Shown here piece by piece: positions 9,474-18,862 of a DNA stretch of 42,771 nt (positions within the stretch are counted from its first letter, which is position 1; every line of letters starts with the position of its first letter). The DNA is taken from assembly GCA_040393285.1 (NCBI GenBank), contig JBEBUO010000001.1, forward strand, positions 1 through 42,771, read 5' to 3'. The DNA is from Taibaiella helva (GTDB lineage Bacteria > Bacteroidota > Bacteroidia > Chitinophagales > Chitinophagaceae). Made by a program: the position numbers and the translations under genes. Under the pieces are notes generated by a model. That model searched no databases. It saw only the letters and a list, made by a program, of their open reading frames with translations, and was not told the DNA's origin.

Positions 9474-9481
9474 CAAAGGTA
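9474..9481 (-). promoter_or_regulatory. -7 element (TACCTTTG) for yajC-coaE-ribH
   Basis: Exact TAnnTTTG match in the nusB-yajC gap. Confidence 0.65.
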
Positions 9482-9520
9482 AGAAATAAATCCCGGAGCA
9501 AGCAGCATACAAGGCTATTT

Positions 9521-10471
9521 TTACCCTTTATTACCGCTCTCTTTTGTTCGTTCTATTTTACGGATCTTATGGTCCGCAGTCAGTTCCTTTAATAAGTTAT
9601 CCAGCACCCCGTTTACAAACTGGCCGCTTTGCATGGTGCTGTAGCGCTTAGCAATCTCTATATATTCATTAATGGTCACCTTGGTAGGTATGGTAGGGAA
9701 ATACAACAACTCGCACAGGCCCATTTTAAGCAGTATGAGATCAACAAGGGCTACCCGCTCTGCTTCCCAGTTTTTAAGTCTGGGCTTGATGAGTTCCATG
9801 GTATACTCCTCTTTTTCAATCACGGTCCGAAGGAGGCTTTGCGCATACGTTGCTTTTTCCGAAGAAATAAATTGAAGGAAATTAACGTGCTTGGGACTCC
9901 GGAAATAGTTTTCCATCAATATATACAGCATGTCCTTATCATCTTCCCATCCATTCCACTCATCTGCAAAAAACGATTCAAAATCCTCATCTCCCTTCAT
10001 CAGGTCGAACCAGATGTATTGAATAATGCTCTTCTCAGATGCTTTGGTCTTTTCCGGTTCACTTATATATTGCTGATAGGGGGCAGCGGATACGAGCTTG
10101 TTATACAGCTTTTTCACCCATTCACCGTCCACATACTGCTCCAGCTTGGCTGCTTTCACCTGTTCTGAAAAGGTATTATTTTCAAGCAAAAGCCACAAAA
10201 ACGTATTACCTGCTATTTTGGTATTTACCTGCCGGTCATACTCGGTAGCCAGGTATTTTGAGGCTCTTTTACGCGAATCGCTTTCGGCATACTGAGCTAC
10301 CCGGCTGACGTACAGCAAGGTCAGCGCAAAAAGTTCAGAGGAACGGTTAATCTTTTCATGCAATAACTTAGCACCTTCTTTAATCAGATCTGTTTCGGAG
10401 CCTTGGGCAACGGATTCCAAAGCATACAGCGCCTGCATCACCTTGATCCTGATATTTCTTCTGCTGATCAT
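9521..10471 (-). CDS. nusB: Transcription antitermination factor NusB (long Bacteroidota form)
   Basis: MISRRNIRIKVMQALYA, IPTKVTINEYIEIAKRYS, FVNGVLD. Confidence 0.95.
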   Translation of the reverse strand: MISRRNIRIKVMQALYALESVAQGSETDLIKEGAKLLHEKINRSSELFALTLLYVSRVAQYAESDSRKRASKYLATEYDRQVNTKIAGNTFLWLLLENNTFSEQVKAAKLEQYVDGEWVKKLYNKLVSAAPYQQYISEPEKTKASEKSIIQYIWFDLMKGDEDFESFFADEWNGWEDDKDMLYILMENYFRSPKHVNFLQFISSEKATYAQSLLRTVIEKEEYTMELIKPRLKNWEAERVALVDLILLKMGLCELLYFPTIPTKVTINEYIEIAKRYSTMQSGQFVNGVLDNLLKELTADHKIRKIERTKESGNKG

Positions 10472-10490
10472 ATTTTATGGGGAAAGAGCG

Positions 10491-10567
10491 CAAAGATAAG
10501 CCAATTTAAAATTTATTACCGGCCAAATTAAAGCGGGCTTCACATTTATGAAAAACCCCTATTTTTG
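10491..10567. promoter_or_regulatory. Divergent -7 elements: TATCTTTG (minus, 10491-10498, nusB) and TATTTTTG (plus, 10560-10567, CNNM gene)
   Basis: Two TAnnTTTG matches, each oriented toward its gene. Confidence 0.65.
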
Positions 10568-10593
10568 TTCATCGGGTATATAATCTAATCTTT

Positions 10594-11868
10594 ATGACGC
10601 TTACTGTTACCTTACTTATTGCCTGCCTTATTTTTATCATTATCATCACCGGTTTGGAATATGCTTATCTGGCATCTAACAAGCTGACCATTGAACTAAA
10701 GAAGAAGCAAGGCGGTACATCGGGCAAGTTACTGGGCAGTTTTTTTGAGGAGCCGGAGCGTTTCTGGAGTGCTACCATCATCAGTTTTTATGTACTCCTG
10801 GTCAGTTTTTGCTTTCTGCTTACCGGGCTCACTTCCTATCTGATAAATAAGTTGCCTGTAGGCATCAAAAGCCGCTTCGAAACTTACGATTACCTGCAAA
10901 TGATTACCGACCTCATCATCGCCTTCGTACTGGTGTTGGGTGGTATCGGTGTAATTGCAAAAAGAAGTTTTGAATACTACCCGGAACAAAAACTTAATAC
11001 CTGGGGCCGCTTTATTAATGTAATTTGTGACCTCACGGCACCCTTTGCCGGCATTTTCACGGGTATTTCCGAGTTTATACTCAAATACCTGTTTAATGTA
11101 CGTATCAGTAAAAAAGAAAGCATTTTTGAGCGTATCAATACCCGTAAGTTCCTCCGTCAATCCATACACGGACATGACAATATGGATGAAGCCCACCGCG
11201 AACTTTTCGAACGGGCGCTTCAACTCACCAAAGTAAAAGTGCGCAAATGCCTTACGCCGCGTAACGAAACCATTGCCATTGATGTACAGGCGCCGATCAA
11301 AGAGTTGAGGGATACATTTGTAGAAACCAAACTCTCCAAGATTGTCGTCTATGAAGAAAACCTCGACAACGTGGTGGGCTATGCCCACCATGTAGACCTG
11401 AACCGCCGGCCGGCTACCATCAGCGAAGTGCTGCATCCCATTCCTACCGTGCCCGAGACGATGAGTGCCATTGACCTGATGCATAAATTCACTAAAGAAA
11501 GAAAAAGCATCGCCTGGGTCGTAGACGAATTTGGCGGCACAGCAGGTTTTGTGACTATGGAAGATGTGCTGGAAGAGGTTTTTGGTGATATTAAGGATGA
11601 ATACGACACAGAAGAGTTTACCGAAAAGCAAGTGGGCGAAAACGAATATATCTTTTCCGGTCGCCTGGAAGTAGACTACCTCAATGAGAAGTATGAATTT
11701 GAGCTTGACGCAAAAGAGGCAGATACTTTATCGGGCTATATTATTGCCAGCTATGAGTCTATTCCCAAACGAAAAGACCGCATTATCATTGATAATTTTG
11801 AGATAGAAGTAATCATGGTTACCGAAACACGGATCGAAACGGTACGCATGCGGCGATTACAGATATAA
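10594..11868 (+). CDS. CNNM/hemolysin-family transporter (DUF21 + CBS pair + CorC/HlyC)
   Basis: N-terminal TM segments, VVDEFGGTAGFVTMEDVLEEVFGDIKDEYD, DTLSGYI. Confidence 0.93.
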   Translation: MTLTVTLLIACLIFIIIITGLEYAYLASNKLTIELKKKQGGTSGKLLGSFFEEPERFWSATIISFYVLLVSFCFLLTGLTSYLINKLPVGIKSRFETYDYLQMITDLIIAFVLVLGGIGVIAKRSFEYYPEQKLNTWGRFINVICDLTAPFAGIFTGISEFILKYLFNVRISKKESIFERINTRKFLRQSIHGHDNMDEAHRELFERALQLTKVKVRKCLTPRNETIAIDVQAPIKELRDTFVETKLSKIVVYEENLDNVVGYAHHVDLNRRPATISEVLHPIPTVPETMSAIDLMHKFTKERKSIAWVVDEFGGTAGFVTMEDVLEEVFGDIKDEYDTEEFTEKQVGENEYIFSGRLEVDYLNEKYEFELDAKEADTLSGYIIASYESIPKRKDRIIIDNFEIEVIMVTETRIETVRMRRLQI

Positions 11869-11889
11869 CAGGTATATGACAATTCCTTT

Positions 11890-12357
11890 ATGAAACTATT
11901 CCTTACTGTCCTTATCGCTTGTATGGGCTGGCTGCCGCTTCAGGCGCAACAGGGCAGCTATGAGCACTTAAATTTTAAGACTACAGACGGCCAAACCCTG
12001 ACGCCATCCAGCCTGCCTCAGGGAAAGCCCTTGATATTGGCCTACTTCAGAACAGACTGCGACAATTGCCGCTTTGCCGCAAGCCAGATAAAAGAAAGGG
12101 CAGTTGATTACCCCGCACAGATCTGGATGATAAGTCCAGAAGAGCAGGACATGATCAGCGTATTTGAGGAAATGAACGGGCTGTATGGCCTTCCTTCACT
12201 CACCGTGGCCCAGGATGATACAAAATCTATGCACGATTGGTTTCAATTCGAAGAAATTCCGTTTTATGTCCTGTTTGACGGCCAGGGCCGGCAACTCGCC
12301 ACGTTTCCTACTTTTCCCGACCAGGCTACGGTAAAAAAGTACCTGACCGGCAAGTAA
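11890..12357 (+). CDS. Exported thioredoxin-fold (TlpA/redoxin-like) protein
   Basis: Signal peptide, CDNC motif, IPFYVLFD cis-Pro loop. Confidence 0.85.
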   Translation: MKLFLTVLIACMGWLPLQAQQGSYEHLNFKTTDGQTLTPSSLPQGKPLILAYFRTDCDNCRFAASQIKERAVDYPAQIWMISPEEQDMISVFEEMNGLYGLPSLTVAQDDTKSMHDWFQFEEIPFYVLFDGQGRQLATFPTFPDQATVKKYLTGK

Positions 12358-12403
12358 CAGGCCCCATACATCCTACTATTTCACAGCAGAAAACCATACG
12401 GAT

Positions 12404-13036
12404 TTGCACATCAACCGATATATACAATGGCGCGGAAACCGCATATGGAGCCAGGGGGCAGTCCACATGGAACTGGCTGCCGGCGATACCGAACAGCAGG
12501 CCATACAGTGCTATAAGGACCTGGGCCTGGTTTATCCTAAGTTTTTCAAAATGGACCTGCTAAGTAAGGTAGCCTTTTTGTCGGCAGAGTTATTGGCCCC
12601 CTACCCATCCGGAATACCACAAGCAGAAATTGCCACCGTAATCAGCAGCGGCTCGGGCTGCATTGAGGTGGATAAAAAATACGAAGAAAGCCGAAAACAG
12701 ATCGCCAGTCCTGCCTTGTTTGTCTACACCCTACCTAATATCATGCTGGGCGAGGTGTGTATACGACATGGATTCAAAGGGGAACAGATGTGTACCATCA
12801 GCGCTCCCCCTAACAGCGACTGGCTGTCCTTTTGGGTGCAAGACCTGCTCTCACAGCCACAGAGAGCCACCAGCGCCTGCCTTTGCGGCCACGTAGAGGC
12901 TACAGCAGAAGAAATAAATGCCTGCCTGATGTGGGTACAAAAAGGAAAGGAACATCCCGAGGCGCTGTCGTTTAACCCCCGGGCGGTAGCCCACTTACTT
13001 CATCAAAACCCCGAAACATGTCGCAAGCCTGTATAG
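12404..13036 (+). CDS. Truncated non-catalytic ketosynthase-like protein (flexirubin-cluster type)
   Basis: YPKFFKMDLLSK and SPALFVYTLPNIMLGEVCIRHGFKG; no TACSS or HGT motif; TTG start. Confidence 0.75.
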   Translation: MHINRYIQWRGNRIWSQGAVHMELAAGDTEQQAIQCYKDLGLVYPKFFKMDLLSKVAFLSAELLAPYPSGIPQAEIATVISSGSGCIEVDKKYEESRKQIASPALFVYTLPNIMLGEVCIRHGFKGEQMCTISAPPNSDWLSFWVQDLLSQPQRATSACLCGHVEATAEEINACLMWVQKGKEHPEALSFNPRAVAHLLHQNPETCRKPV

Positions 13037-14205
13037 CCGGTATGGGCATCATTACCGCCATTGGTCAAAATGTTGCCGAAAACCTTAACGCCTTGTCGGA
13101 AGGGCGGCATGGCATATCCCTTCCCGAATGGCTGGATACTTCCCATCGCTTACCGGTAGGAGAGATAAAAGCAAGCAATGCAATGCTGGCAGAGATGGGC
13201 AGCGCACCCGCCAATTGGCCGCGTACCGCCCTGCTGAGTCTTATTGCTGCTCGGGAAGCCTGGCTTCCTCTAGCCGGCAAAGCAAAAGGCTTACGCATAG
13301 CTTTTATCTCGGCCAATACTGTAGGTGGCATGGACCTTACCGACCGGTTTTACCAGGCCCGGCTTAAGGACAAAGTACTGAGCGATCCGGCAGACATTCG
13401 TTATCACGAGACCGGTGCCATTACACAAATCGTGGCCGACAAACTGGCACCCGGCTGCTGGCATACGACAATAAGCACGGCCTGCTCCTCCTCCGCCAAT
13501 ACCATTATGATGGGTGCGCAGCTTATTGAGCAGGACAGCTTTGATGTGGTGATTGCCGGCGGTGCCGACAGCCTCTCCCGGTTTACGCTCAATGGCTTTA
13601 ATTCCCTGATGATCTTAGATAAGGAACCCTGCAGGCCCTTTGACGAACACCGGAAAGGGCTCAACCTTGGTGAAGGAGCAGCCTATGTAGTGCTGGCTGG
13701 CAGCCACGCTTTACGACAGCTGGAAACCCCATCTTTAGGCACCATAGCGGGCTATGCCAATGCAAATGATGCCCATCACCAAACCGCTTCCTCACCGGAG
13801 GGGACGGGCAACCTGCTGGCCATGCGCCATGCCCTGGCCAAGGCCGGGCTGGCAGCGACAGCTATCGACTACATCAACCTTCACGGTACAGGAACAGAAA
13901 ACAACGATGCTTCCGAAGGTAAAGCCATCAGTACACTATTTGGCAGCCAGGTGCCGGCAGCCAGTTCCACCAAGGCCTTTACAGGCCATACCCTGGGTGC
14001 CGCCGGTGCCGTAGAGGCGGTATACAGTGTTTTAAGTATTACCCAACAAAAAATTTGGCCGCATCTGAGGCTACAAACACCGATCGGCAACTTAGACTGG
14101 CAACCGGTAACCACTTTAAGTACAACGCCTGTAAAACATGTGTTGTCTAATTCATTTGGCTTCGGCGGCAATTGTTCCACCCTGATCATTGCTTCCGGAA
14201 AATAG
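13018..14205 (+). CDS. Beta-ketoacyl-ACP synthase (FabF-like; flexirubin/aryl-polyene type)
   Basis: Intact Cys-His-His triad: TACSSS, HGTGT, GHTLGAAG; SNSFGFGG. Confidence 0.93.
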   Translation: MSQACIAGMGIITAIGQNVAENLNALSEGRHGISLPEWLDTSHRLPVGEIKASNAMLAEMGSAPANWPRTALLSLIAAREAWLPLAGKAKGLRIAFISANTVGGMDLTDRFYQARLKDKVLSDPADIRYHETGAITQIVADKLAPGCWHTTISTACSSSANTIMMGAQLIEQDSFDVVIAGGADSLSRFTLNGFNSLMILDKEPCRPFDEHRKGLNLGEGAAYVVLAGSHALRQLETPSLGTIAGYANANDAHHQTASSPEGTGNLLAMRHALAKAGLAATAIDYINLHGTGTENNDASEGKAISTLFGSQVPAASSTKAFTGHTLGAAGAVEAVYSVLSITQQKIWPHLRLQTPIGNLDWQPVTTLSTTPVKHVLSNSFGFGGNCSTLIIASGK

Positions 14206-14273
14206 ATTTCCAAATTTAATTTTAAATTATTCAAACATTTAGTATTTTAACAGCCTCATCAAACTACACTATT

Positions 14274-14717
14274 ATGGAACAACAAGAAACCGGCTTCTTT
14301 GACACGTCTCTGGACAACACGGCCAAGGCGCATTTGCTGGAAACAGTACGCTGGACAAAATTCCTGTCCATTCTCGGCTTCATATTCATTGGACTCATGC
14401 TTATCGGCGCCGTTTTCTTCTTTGTTGCGGGCAGCAGCATGGGTGCCATGAGCGGCATGTGGAGCACTATGGGTTCAATGGGTCTGGGTATTTTGTATCT
14501 GGCCGTCATTCTTTTATACCTGTTTCCCGTCATTTCGCTGTATAAGTTCAGCACACATATCAAGAATGGCATCAACACCAACAACCAGGACATGATTAAC
14601 GAGGGATTCCGCCACCAAAAGAACCTCTATCGGTTTATGGGCATCATTTTCATTATCATCCTTACCTTTTACCTGCTGGGTATCATTTTCGGCAGCTTGG
14701 GTGCGATGTTTGGTTAA
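14274..14717 (+). CDS. DUF5362-like membrane protein
   Basis: LLETVRWTKFLSILGFI, three TM helices, YRFMGI. Confidence 0.8.
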   Translation: MEQQETGFFDTSLDNTAKAHLLETVRWTKFLSILGFIFIGLMLIGAVFFFVAGSSMGAMSGMWSTMGSMGLGILYLAVILLYLFPVISLYKFSTHIKNGINTNNQDMINEGFRHQKNLYRFMGIIFIIILTFYLLGIIFGSLGAMFG

Positions 14718-14743
14718 TCGTTATTCCTGAACCTGCTACCTAC

Positions 14744-14781
14744 AAAAAACAGGCTGCACCTCCCGTGCAACCTGTTTTTTT
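14744..14781. terminator. Bidirectional intrinsic terminator
   Basis: AAAAAACAGGCTGCAC / GTGCAACCTGTTTTTT between convergent genes. Confidence 0.85.
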
Positions 14782-14815
14782 CTTTTAACCATCCCTAAAC
14801 CATGAGAAGTATCTT

Positions 14816-17302
14816 TTAGCGGCCTCCGCCACCTATGCCCTGTTGTCCCCCATCACCATCCTTCAGATCATCGTTGTTGATTTGTTTCTGACTGGAGTAG
14901 GTCATTTTACCAAAGCTCAGGTTGAAGCTTAAACGCAGGCCGCGACCATAATAAGTATTGTTCATTTCGTATACGGCGTTCTGGTACTTATAATAAGTGG
15001 TCATATCAATCTCGGGAGTGAAAAAATTCTCTCCTGCCAGGACGATGGTGCCCTTACCTTTCAATACGGTCGTTTGCAAACCCAGGAAGTAGTAGTACCA
15101 ACCGGTTTGATAGCCTTGCAGCTGAATCTGATTACCGTTATACATACCGAAACCGGCAATGGAAAACCGATCATTGATCTTAAAGGTGGCATTCAGATTG
15201 GCGGCATACTGCCAACCCTCGTTAACCAAATTAAGAGGTTCGCTTTCCAGCATCTTATAGTATAAATTACCGTTCAGGCTTATCATAAGCCGGTTAAAAT
15301 AGGTAGCCCCGGCGAAAAGGTCGACCCCAAGGGTATTGTTGCGGGCAACATTATCAAAGGTGGTGCTGCTTATATTTTCATCGTTCACCGTAGTGATGCT
15401 TTCAATGCCATTTCCGGTATGGCGGTAAAAAGCGGATAAACTCAAGCTGGTTTTGCCCAGATAGGTACTGTAACCCAACTCTACATTATGCGTTTTCTCA
15501 GGTTCCAGGCGGGGATTACCAAAAGAAATGTTATACTGATCACTATAATTGACAAATGGATTGACAAACTGGATAGAAGGTCGTTCGATCCGCATATTAT
15601 AGGACAGCTTTATTTTGTTGAAGTTTTTGAGGTCCCAGGAGAAGCTAAGGTTGGGTACTACATTATGAAACATAAGATCAAAATCGCTATCGGCCTCCTT
15701 TTGTGCTCCGGCAATATAGGTCAGCTCATAACGCGCACCGGCAATCATAGACAGGTTTTTGCGCAACATGGTGGAGAATTGTCCGTATAGTGCCGCTACC
15801 TGTTGGTTATAGTTGAGTTGGTTACTCCGGGCCGGATCAGGAATGTAGTCACCTCCATTTCCGGGTGTCCAATAATCCAGGGTATAATCACTTTTAATAT
15901 CACGATTGATGTATTTGATACCCGTTTCTATTTTTTGCTGATGTTGTTTCAGCGGGTGTACGTAATCCGTTTGTATGGTAAATTCATTATTCTTGCGCTG
16001 ATTTTGGTTTTGCTCCTTATAAGTGGCTTCCTCATCCGGCTTACTAAGATCCGTTAAGTCATACTGTTCATCGGCACTGCCTATGGCGTACTGTGCCAGC
16101 ACATCCAGGGTACGTCGCGGATCCGACTTGAATTTTTTCGTGTAGGCACCGTTAAAACCTATATTGTTCCTGGGTCGTTCAGAAGTGCTGGTACGTAGCA
16201 TGCCCGGATAGGCAGCAGGCGAAAAAGAATAATCTATATCCTGGTCCTGCATCCAGTTTCCGGGATTATAACTTACCCCGGCCTGAATTGTTTGTAAAGA
16301 GTCGATCTGATAATCCGCACTCACCTGGCTCCAGCCAAAATTACCCCGGCCATTGAAGCTCGTATTTTGTGTGAGTATCATCTGTTCAGGGCTATTGGGG
16401 AAGTCTGTTCGCTTTGACATCCCTGTAAGATCCATTTCCCAGCGGCTGTAGCCGGCATTAGCCGTAATACCTAATTTATTATAGCGGTAATTGAGGTTAA
16501 AACCGCCGTGACCCGTAAAAAATTCGCGTGGCATGTTATAACTCAAAGCAGAGAACACAGAGCCGCTCATTCCCTTCATCAGGTTCTTTTTCGTTACGAT
16601 GTTGATCACACCCGAAGTGCCTTCCGCATCGTATTTGGCGCCGGGACTGGTAATCACCTCCACACTTTTAATATTGTCGGCCGGAATTTGTTTTAATACA
16701 TCCTTTACAGAAGCCGCGATCATGGTAGAGGGCTTGCCGTCAATCAATACCCGTACATTACCGTTGCCGCGTAGCTGTACATTGCCTTCCAGATCAACGG
16801 TTACCATAGGTACCTTGCGGAGCAGCGACTCCGAGCTGGTACCCTTATTGGTAATATCTTTTTCCGCATTATACACATGGCCGTCAGGACGCTGCTCAAT
16901 AAGTTGCCTGAAATCCACAATTTTCACCTCCGACAGTGCGGTACCTGTGGCCGTCATGTTAATGGCACCAAGATCCAGTACGGCTTGCTTGCCATCCAGT
17001 TCTATTTGGCGTTCCATTTTAGGATAGCCTACATAAAACACGGACAAGGTATAGGCACCTGCAGATAAAGAACTAAAACTGAAATGCCCCATGCTGTCTG
17101 CACTTTGTCCATCCATATCGGAATCACCCTGTTTTTGTAAGCCTACGGATACAAACGGCAGCGCTTCGCTGGTAGCGGAATCAACGATACTACCCATGAG
17201 TGTAATACCCCGGGTGTTGACGTCAGGTACAGCTACCTGGGCCTGCATGGAAGGGACCAGGAACAGGCAAAAAAGAGAGAGAAAAAGGAGGGATCTGGAC
17301 AT
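14816..17302 (-). CDS. TonB-dependent receptor-like outer-membrane beta-barrel protein with carboxypeptidase-regulatory-like N-domain
   Basis: Signal peptide; plug motifs LLRKVPMVTVD and VEVITSPGAKYDAEG..GVINIVTKK; GNPRLEPE. Confidence 0.92.
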   Translation of the reverse strand: MSRSLLFLSLFCLFLVPSMQAQVAVPDVNTRGITLMGSIVDSATSEALPFVSVGLQKQGDSDMDGQSADSMGHFSFSSLSAGAYTLSVFYVGYPKMERQIELDGKQAVLDLGAINMTATGTALSEVKIVDFRQLIEQRPDGHVYNAEKDITNKGTSSESLLRKVPMVTVDLEGNVQLRGNGNVRVLIDGKPSTMIAASVKDVLKQIPADNIKSVEVITSPGAKYDAEGTSGVINIVTKKNLMKGMSGSVFSALSYNMPREFFTGHGGFNLNYRYNKLGITANAGYSRWEMDLTGMSKRTDFPNSPEQMILTQNTSFNGRGNFGWSQVSADYQIDSLQTIQAGVSYNPGNWMQDQDIDYSFSPAAYPGMLRTSTSERPRNNIGFNGAYTKKFKSDPRRTLDVLAQYAIGSADEQYDLTDLSKPDEEATYKEQNQNQRKNNEFTIQTDYVHPLKQHQQKIETGIKYINRDIKSDYTLDYWTPGNGGDYIPDPARSNQLNYNQQVAALYGQFSTMLRKNLSMIAGARYELTYIAGAQKEADSDFDLMFHNVVPNLSFSWDLKNFNKIKLSYNMRIERPSIQFVNPFVNYSDQYNISFGNPRLEPEKTHNVELGYSTYLGKTSLSLSAFYRHTGNGIESITTVNDENISSTTFDNVARNNTLGVDLFAGATYFNRLMISLNGNLYYKMLESEPLNLVNEGWQYAANLNATFKINDRFSIAGFGMYNGNQIQLQGYQTGWYYYFLGLQTTVLKGKGTIVLAGENFFTPEIDMTTYYKYQNAVYEMNNTYYGRGLRLSFNLSFGKMTYSSQKQINNDDLKDGDGGQQGIGGGGR

Positions 17303-17319
17303 AGTTGTTTGTTTCTATG

Positions 17320-17327
17320 CAAACGTA
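17320..17327 (-). promoter_or_regulatory. -7 element (TACGTTTG) for the TonB-dependent receptor
   Basis: TAnnTTTG match 17 nt upstream of the ATG. Confidence 0.6.
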
Positions 17328-17419
17328 CTAAAGACTTACACCCCGGCTCTCCCCTTTTTGGGGTGAAAATTCTCCAATTTCTCCTCTTTTCCACGTTCCT
17401 CTACTATATATCAGCCCGA

Positions 17420-18652
17420 TCAGGCAGGTACTTCATCGGCCAGGGGCACTTGTGTATGCAGTAAATCCTCCAGGGTTTCCCGGCGGCGTATCAGTCTGGC
17501 TTCCCCACCATCCACAAGTACTTCTGCTGGCTTTAAGCGGGAGTTGTAGTTAGACGCCATCATCATGCCATAAGCACCTGCATTGTGAAAGCAGAGAATA
17601 TCTCCTTCGCGCACTTCCTTCAATTGCCGGTCTGAAGCAAAGGTGTCGGTTTCGCATATGTAGCCCACAATGGTATAAATGCGGTCTTTCCCATGTGGGT
17701 TAGAGAGGTTGGTAATATGGTGGTAGGCATCATACAGCACCGGCCTGATCAAATGATTAAATCCGGAATCTACACCTGCAAATACGGTAGCTGTGGTATG
17801 TTTTATGACATTGGTCCGCGTCAGGAAATAGCCGGCCTCGCTCACCAGGAACTTACCCGGTTCAAAATGTATTTCTATATCGCGCCCAAATGACTTGCAG
17901 AAAGCCCGGTAGCGGGTGGTCAGCTTTTTACCCAGGCTACCCACATCAGTAGTGATATCACCGTCTTTATAAGCCACTTTAAACCCGCTGCCGAAATCAA
18001 GATAACGGAGATTGGGGAAGCGCATGGCCAGTTCAAACAATAGCTCAGCGCCATTCAAAAACACCTCTACGTCGAGTATGTCGCTGCCGGTATGCATGTG
18101 CAAGCCCACTACGTCCAGGTCAAAGGTTTGCACCAGTCGCTCTACGTGGCGCATTTGATGAATGGAGATGCCGAATTTGCTATCAATATGACCGGTAGAT
18201 ATCTTATAATGGCCGCCCGCCATAATATGGGGATTAATGCGGATGCATACCGGCACGGTATTCCCGTATCGATGCCCGAATTGCTCCAGCATGGAGATGT
18301 TATCTACATTAATATTTACACCCAGCTGAATGGCAGCTTCTAATTCTGAAAACGACACACAATTGGGGGTGAATAGGATGGACTCCGGATCGAATCCGGC
18401 CATCAAACCCAACTGTACTTCTTCGATAGAGACCACATCTAAGCCGGCACCAAGTTCTTTAAATAGTTGCAGCACATGGATATTGGTAAGTGCCTTAGCG
18501 GCGTAATGCAATTTCACCTTACAGCCACTGAAAGCATCAGTAAGTTTCCGGTATTGTTTGCGCATCGTAGCGGCATCATACACATAAAGGGGCGTGCCAT
18601 GGCTCGCTGCCAATTGTAGTAATTGTTGTTGGGTCATGTTCTTGTTTGTCAT
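17420..18652 (-). CDS. lysA: Diaminopimelate decarboxylase
   Basis: GTPLYVYD, PLP lysine in YAAKA, SKFGI, HMHTGS, EPGKF, CETD, GAYG..MASNYN. Alternative start 18637. Confidence 0.97.
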   Translation of the reverse strand: MTNKNMTQQQLLQLAASHGTPLYVYDAATMRKQYRKLTDAFSGCKVKLHYAAKALTNIHVLQLFKELGAGLDVVSIEEVQLGLMAGFDPESILFTPNCVSFSELEAAIQLGVNINVDNISMLEQFGHRYGNTVPVCIRINPHIMAGGHYKISTGHIDSKFGISIHQMRHVERLVQTFDLDVVGLHMHTGSDILDVEVFLNGAELLFELAMRFPNLRYLDFGSGFKVAYKDGDITTDVGSLGKKLTTRYRAFCKSFGRDIEIHFEPGKFLVSEAGYFLTRTNVIKHTTATVFAGVDSGFNHLIRPVLYDAYHHITNLSNPHGKDRIYTIVGYICETDTFASDRQLKEVREGDILCFHNAGAYGMMMASNYNSRLKPAEVLVDGGEARLIRRRETLEDLLHTQVPLADEVPA

Positions 18653-18663
18653 ACGGATATTAG

Positions 18664-18696
18664 AAAATAAAAAGGCTTGCCTCGATCGGCAAGCCT
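18664..18696 (-). terminator. Attenuator terminator in the lysA leader
   Basis: AGGCTTGCC-GATCGA-GGCAAGCCT (perfect 9 bp) followed by TTTTATTTT, ending 11 nt before the lysA ATG. Confidence 0.85.
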
Positions 18697-18735
18697 CTGT
18701 TAAAGATTTTTTATGTAGAAAGACAAAAAGAATCC

Positions 18736-18801
18736 TTAGCCTACCGGGTATAGCTGGAAGTACTTCTTTATCTTTATGATGGTCACTTGTTGGTAAGTCA
18801 T
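18736..18801 (-). CDS. Putative lysA leader peptide MTYQQVTIIKIKKYFQLYPVG
   Basis: 21-codon ORF with a Lys cluster (AAG ATA AAG AAG) between a promoter-like element and the terminator upstream of lysA. Confidence 0.8.
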   Translation of the reverse strand: MTYQQVTIIKIKKYFQLYPVG

Positions 18802-18826
18802 GCGCTTATTTTTCTCGAAAGCGGTG

Positions 18827-18834
18827 CAATAATA
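18827..18834 (-). promoter_or_regulatory. -7-like element (TATTATTG) for the leader-lysA transcript
   Basis: One mismatch to TAnnTTTG, followed by CACCGC as at other promoters here; 25 nt before the leader ATG. Confidence 0.5.
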
Positions 18835-18862
18835 GGACATTTTTTTAAATATTCAGCATTTT

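Noticed and set aside
10729-11631. Long antisense ORFs here and at 32066-32890, 38185-39249 and 41713-42390
   Set aside because: Shadows of well-supported genes on the opposite strand.
18653-18862. Lysine riboswitch or T-box upstream of lysA
   Set aside because: No recognisable conserved motifs of either; the leader-peptide model explains the region better.
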